Source: Elainellaceae cyanobacterium (lineage in GTDB: Bacteria; Cyanobacteriota; Cyanobacteriia; CAZCXK01). Taken from it: a stretch of 64,000 nt of DNA. A program made the translations under genes and the position numbers. Under the pieces are notes generated by a model. That model worked only from the letters and a program-made list of their open reading frames with translations. It was not told the DNA's origin and made no database searches. Numbering within the stretch: position 1 is the stretch's first letter; each line of letters begins with the position of its first letter. The stretch lies in NCBI GenBank assembly GCA_051117555.1, contig JBNPEG010000013.1:51267-115266 (forward strand), written 5' to 3'. Positions 61,357-64,000 of the stretch are shown here, piece after piece.

Positions 61357-62679
61357 TCAGGATGCCTCAACTAAGTTCTTGGAATTAGATGACGTCTCTA
61401 GCTGTGCAGAGTATTTGGTCGCGGATAATGCCTTCCAAATCATCTCTTTGTACATCCCCGCAATGTCTTGCCAGGTAAGCACAATATTTTTTTCTGCTAG
61501 GACTGAATGCTCTAAATCTTCAGATAGTTGGTTTGCCATTACTGCTAACGCGGCACGGCTGGGCAGTTGTTTAAAGAAGTTGGCGTAGTTTTCGGTTTGG
61601 TTTTCTACCATAAAGCCATACGCTCCGCCATCTAACAGGTGTTGCATCCGGTCGCAGGGAATCGACAGCACAGGGCGCGCACACGCCAGATATTCACAGA
61701 CCTTTAAGCTGGCGGATGTAAAGACTCCACCTTGAAACAAGGACTTATTATAGGGAGCCACACACAAGTCCGATGCACCAATGTATAAGGCTGCTTGTTT
61801 CTGCGAGAGTCTACCGTGGAAGATAACTGGGGCAGAATACTTTTGGGCGATCGCTTCTAGTTCATGGCGCTTCGTGCCATCTCCGATCACGTGAAGCTCA
61901 ACATTCTCAGATCCAACGGTACCTAATGCTTTGATAAGCGGGCCGGGTTCTTGAATGAATCGTCGCAGCGACCCCACATATGTCAGGATAGTCTGTTGTG
62001 GACTAATCCCGAGTTGATCACGGCATGTCTGCTGATCCCGAGGGAAAAAGATTGTGGGATCAATCCCATTGGGAATTGAGCATACCGATTTATCTGCGAT
62101 GGGAAGACGCTGTTCGAGCAGATAGGATTTCATGTGATCGGTTTCAAGAATGACACCGCTGGCAGAAGTAATCCAGTGTCGCCTGAGAGTAGGCAAAATG
62201 CGATCTAGAGTGGCTTTCATCAAGCCTTTAAATAGATTAGGCTGCTTACTTCGATTATAAAATTCAGCTTCAAGGACAAATAGGCTAGGAACACCGTGAC
62301 GCTCAAAGGCGTTAGAAAATGCTCCAACTAATGACCATTGCCGCTCAATCACGACATCAAATGCTGAGGTATGACGCTGTGCAAATATATTTAAAAGCTG
62401 ACTAAACTTCCATGCGCTAAAGATATTCATCGGCATGAAGTAGGGTTCTGTCCAGTGACGCTCTTTAGCCGATAATTGAGACTCGTCTAAGATGGTTAAA
62501 TATCGCCAGTCAAATGTGGGGGGGGTAACGGTTTTTCGAAAAACGAGGGTGATATCAAAGTCTTGTTCAAGATAGGGAAGGAGGGGTTCAATATTTGAAA
62601 CCATCAGTGTCGCATCAGGGCGATAGTTGATTCCAGGGAGTGCAATACAAACCCTGGGGCGTTGTTTTTTAAATACCAT
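61357..62679 (-). CDS. Glycosyltransferase family 4
   Basis: IPNGID...F.P, YVGS, IGDG, KVCEYLACARPV. Confidence 0.85.
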   Translation of the reverse strand: MVFKKQRPRVCIALPGINYRPDATLMVSNIEPLLPYLEQDFDITLVFRKTVTPPTFDWRYLTILDESQLSAKERHWTEPYFMPMNIFSAWKFSQLLNIFAQRHTSAFDVVIERQWSLVGAFSNAFERHGVPSLFVLEAEFYNRSKQPNLFKGLMKATLDRILPTLRRHWITSASGVILETDHMKSYLLEQRLPIADKSVCSIPNGIDPTIFFPRDQQTCRDQLGISPQQTILTYVGSLRRFIQEPGPLIKALGTVGSENVELHVIGDGTKRHELEAIAQKYSAPVIFHGRLSQKQAALYIGASDLCVAPYNKSLFQGGVFTSASLKVCEYLACARPVLSIPCDRMQHLLDGGAYGFMVENQTENYANFFKQLPSRAALAVMANQLSEDLEHSVLAEKNIVLTWQDIAGMYKEMIWKALSATKYSAQLETSSNSKNLVEAS

Positions 62680-62755
62680 TTATATTTTCCTCTCAGGCAG
62701 AGGTTTGTTGAAAAAAGTAGACAGTATTGACAATCAGTAAACATGGGCCTGTTTG

Positions 62756-63547
62756 CTAAGGGGTAAGGGTCAAATCAAAATCTGGATCATTAATCATTGA
62801 GCGATCCAATGAATTTTGTGAGGTGTCTGTCAAATTAGATGTATCGTCAGTGTCTTGGACCTCAGACGGCTGACGCTGTCCCACAACTTTGGCAGGAACG
62901 CCGACAGCGATTGAATAGGGGGGGATATTTTTTGTCACAACGGCTCCAGCACCAATGACGCTGCCGGTTCCAATCGTGACACCATCCACGACTCTAACGC
63001 CTGTTCCTAGCCAGCAATTTTCCTCGATCGAAATACCTTTATAGCTATTTCCCTGTTGGTTAATTTTGCGGTGTGGGTCACCGAAGTTATGGTTGTTGGC
63101 ATAAATGCCGCAATGAGAGGCAATCAAACAATCGCTTCCGATGTTTAGTTTGGAGCCAGATAGGCAGGTATAAGGACCGAAGTACGTGCGCGCACCAATC
63201 TCGATGGCTCCCTTGCCATGAGACTTGATGTCAACGCCCTTATCACAAGTAACGCGATCGCCAATTTGGATACAACTATGGGGGCCCATTCGTCGGAGAC
63301 GAACCCCTCGATGCAAACTGACGCGATCGCCCATGTGAATTCGGTCGAAACCCAGAAATTCGACGCCAGGTCGAATAACCACACCTGTGCCCAACTCAGC
63401 AAAGAAGGGACGATACATCGTGTTTCGGAGGCGCCTTCCGATGAAAGATGGAATTCCTCCTAACAGCCCAATTGCAAACCGACCTGCATACTTTTGCCAC
63501 AAACGGGACAAACGATGAGACTTGTGAGAGCCTTTATAGTTGTCCAT
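62756..63547 (-). CDS. Hexapeptide-repeat O-acyltransferase
   Basis: Left-handed beta-helix repeats, [32 protein letters not shown] 63547 preferred. Confidence 0.88.
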   Translation of the reverse strand: MDNYKGSHKSHRLSRLWQKYAGRFAIGLLGGIPSFIGRRLRNTMYRPFFAELGTGVVIRPGVEFLGFDRIHMGDRVSLHRGVRLRRMGPHSCIQIGDRVTCDKGVDIKSHGKGAIEIGARTYFGPYTCLSGSKLNIGSDCLIASHCGIYANNHNFGDPHRKINQQGNSYKGISIEENCWLGTGVRVVDGVTIGTGSVIGAGAVVTKNIPPYSIAVGVPAKVVGQRQPSEVQDTDDTSNLTDTSQNSLDRSMINDPDFDLTLTP

Positions 63548-63875
63548 AACCCCATGACCTACTAAAAAGCAAAAACTATGATGAATCAGAAACAAAACGG
63601 ATTAGATTGCTAAAGATCTTTCAATGGTTCAGACTTGAGTTTTGCAAACATTTATATTTCCGACTCACATCCGACACTCTGAAAGTCAGAGCTAAGGTCG
63701 CTTTTCATTACAGTAGTGTGTCTGATGTGGAAAAAACATAAACGACTCTATAAGATTGCCGAATCATCTATAAATCTTTTATGAAGCACTCGAGTCGTCG
63801 GTAGTGCATATAGCCATGCTGGTTAGACCCGTCAGCTTTCGTTAATACCCCGGTAAATTGGCTTAGACGCGACAC

Positions 63876-64000
63876 TAAGGAACGGGAATTAAATAATCTG
63901 TAATTCTGGTTTGGCTGTGTAATTCCATTGTGGTAAAACTTCATCGAAGACAATCTTCATGTTGGCTTTGAAATCTTCAGCAACTTTTCGACCCGTTTTA
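63876..64000 (-). mobile_element. 3' end of an ISAzo13-family insertion sequence (partial)
   Basis: Transposase C-terminus ends in an IR-like segment CTAAGGAACGGGAATTAAATAA (63876-63897). Confidence 0.7.
63889..63999 (-). CDS. ISAzo13-family transposase C-terminus (partial, not in ORF track)
   Basis: KTGRKVAEDFKANMKIVFDEVLPQWNYTAKPELQII*; TG.KV...F...M.I.FD..LP.WNY is the recalled C-terminal motif of this family. Confidence 0.75.
   Translation of the reverse strand, partial: KTGRKVAEDFKANMKIVFDEVLPQWNYTAKPELQII

Noticed and set aside
63768..63953. 61-aa minus-strand ORF in track
   Set aside because: No recognisable motif; overlaps the transposase tail in another frame and crosses the IS end

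Overview
Cyanobacterial chromosomal window. The evidence is abundant HIP1 GCGATCGC octamers plus psaI-psaL, rubA-ycf48-psbEFLJ and ndhM. Most of it is housekeeping: lysC end, exbBD, rseP-nth, rpsN, aat, ftsX, def, dtd, amiC, gcvT, cobU. It also carries an FHA/CHAT-protease/PP2C signalling cluster, a PPC + ELWxxDGT-repeat protein, a His-tailed ferrochelatase-like protein, a deoxyhypusine-synthase-like (homospermidine synthase) gene and a sulfotransferase-containing polysaccharide cluster. The 3' end of an ISAzo13-type element lies at the right edge. The ORF track misses several small genes: psaI, psbF, psbL, psbJ, a 58-aa DUF4278-type protein and the transposase tail. The most interesting signals are non-coding. 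(i) A highly paired, switch-like leader of about 230 nt with ykkC-like sequence words in non-canonical order lies upstream of the homospermidine-synthase-like gene. (ii) A glutamine (glnA-type) riboswitch with an unusually long P2 and an NtcA box over its promoter precedes the DUF4278 ORF. (iii) A PsrR1-like sRNA lies about 5 kb from psaL. (iv) A dispersed MITE-like repeat family occurs in several intergenic gaps. No CRISPR array, tRNA or rRNA was seen. All family calls come from motif recognition by eye; no searches were run.
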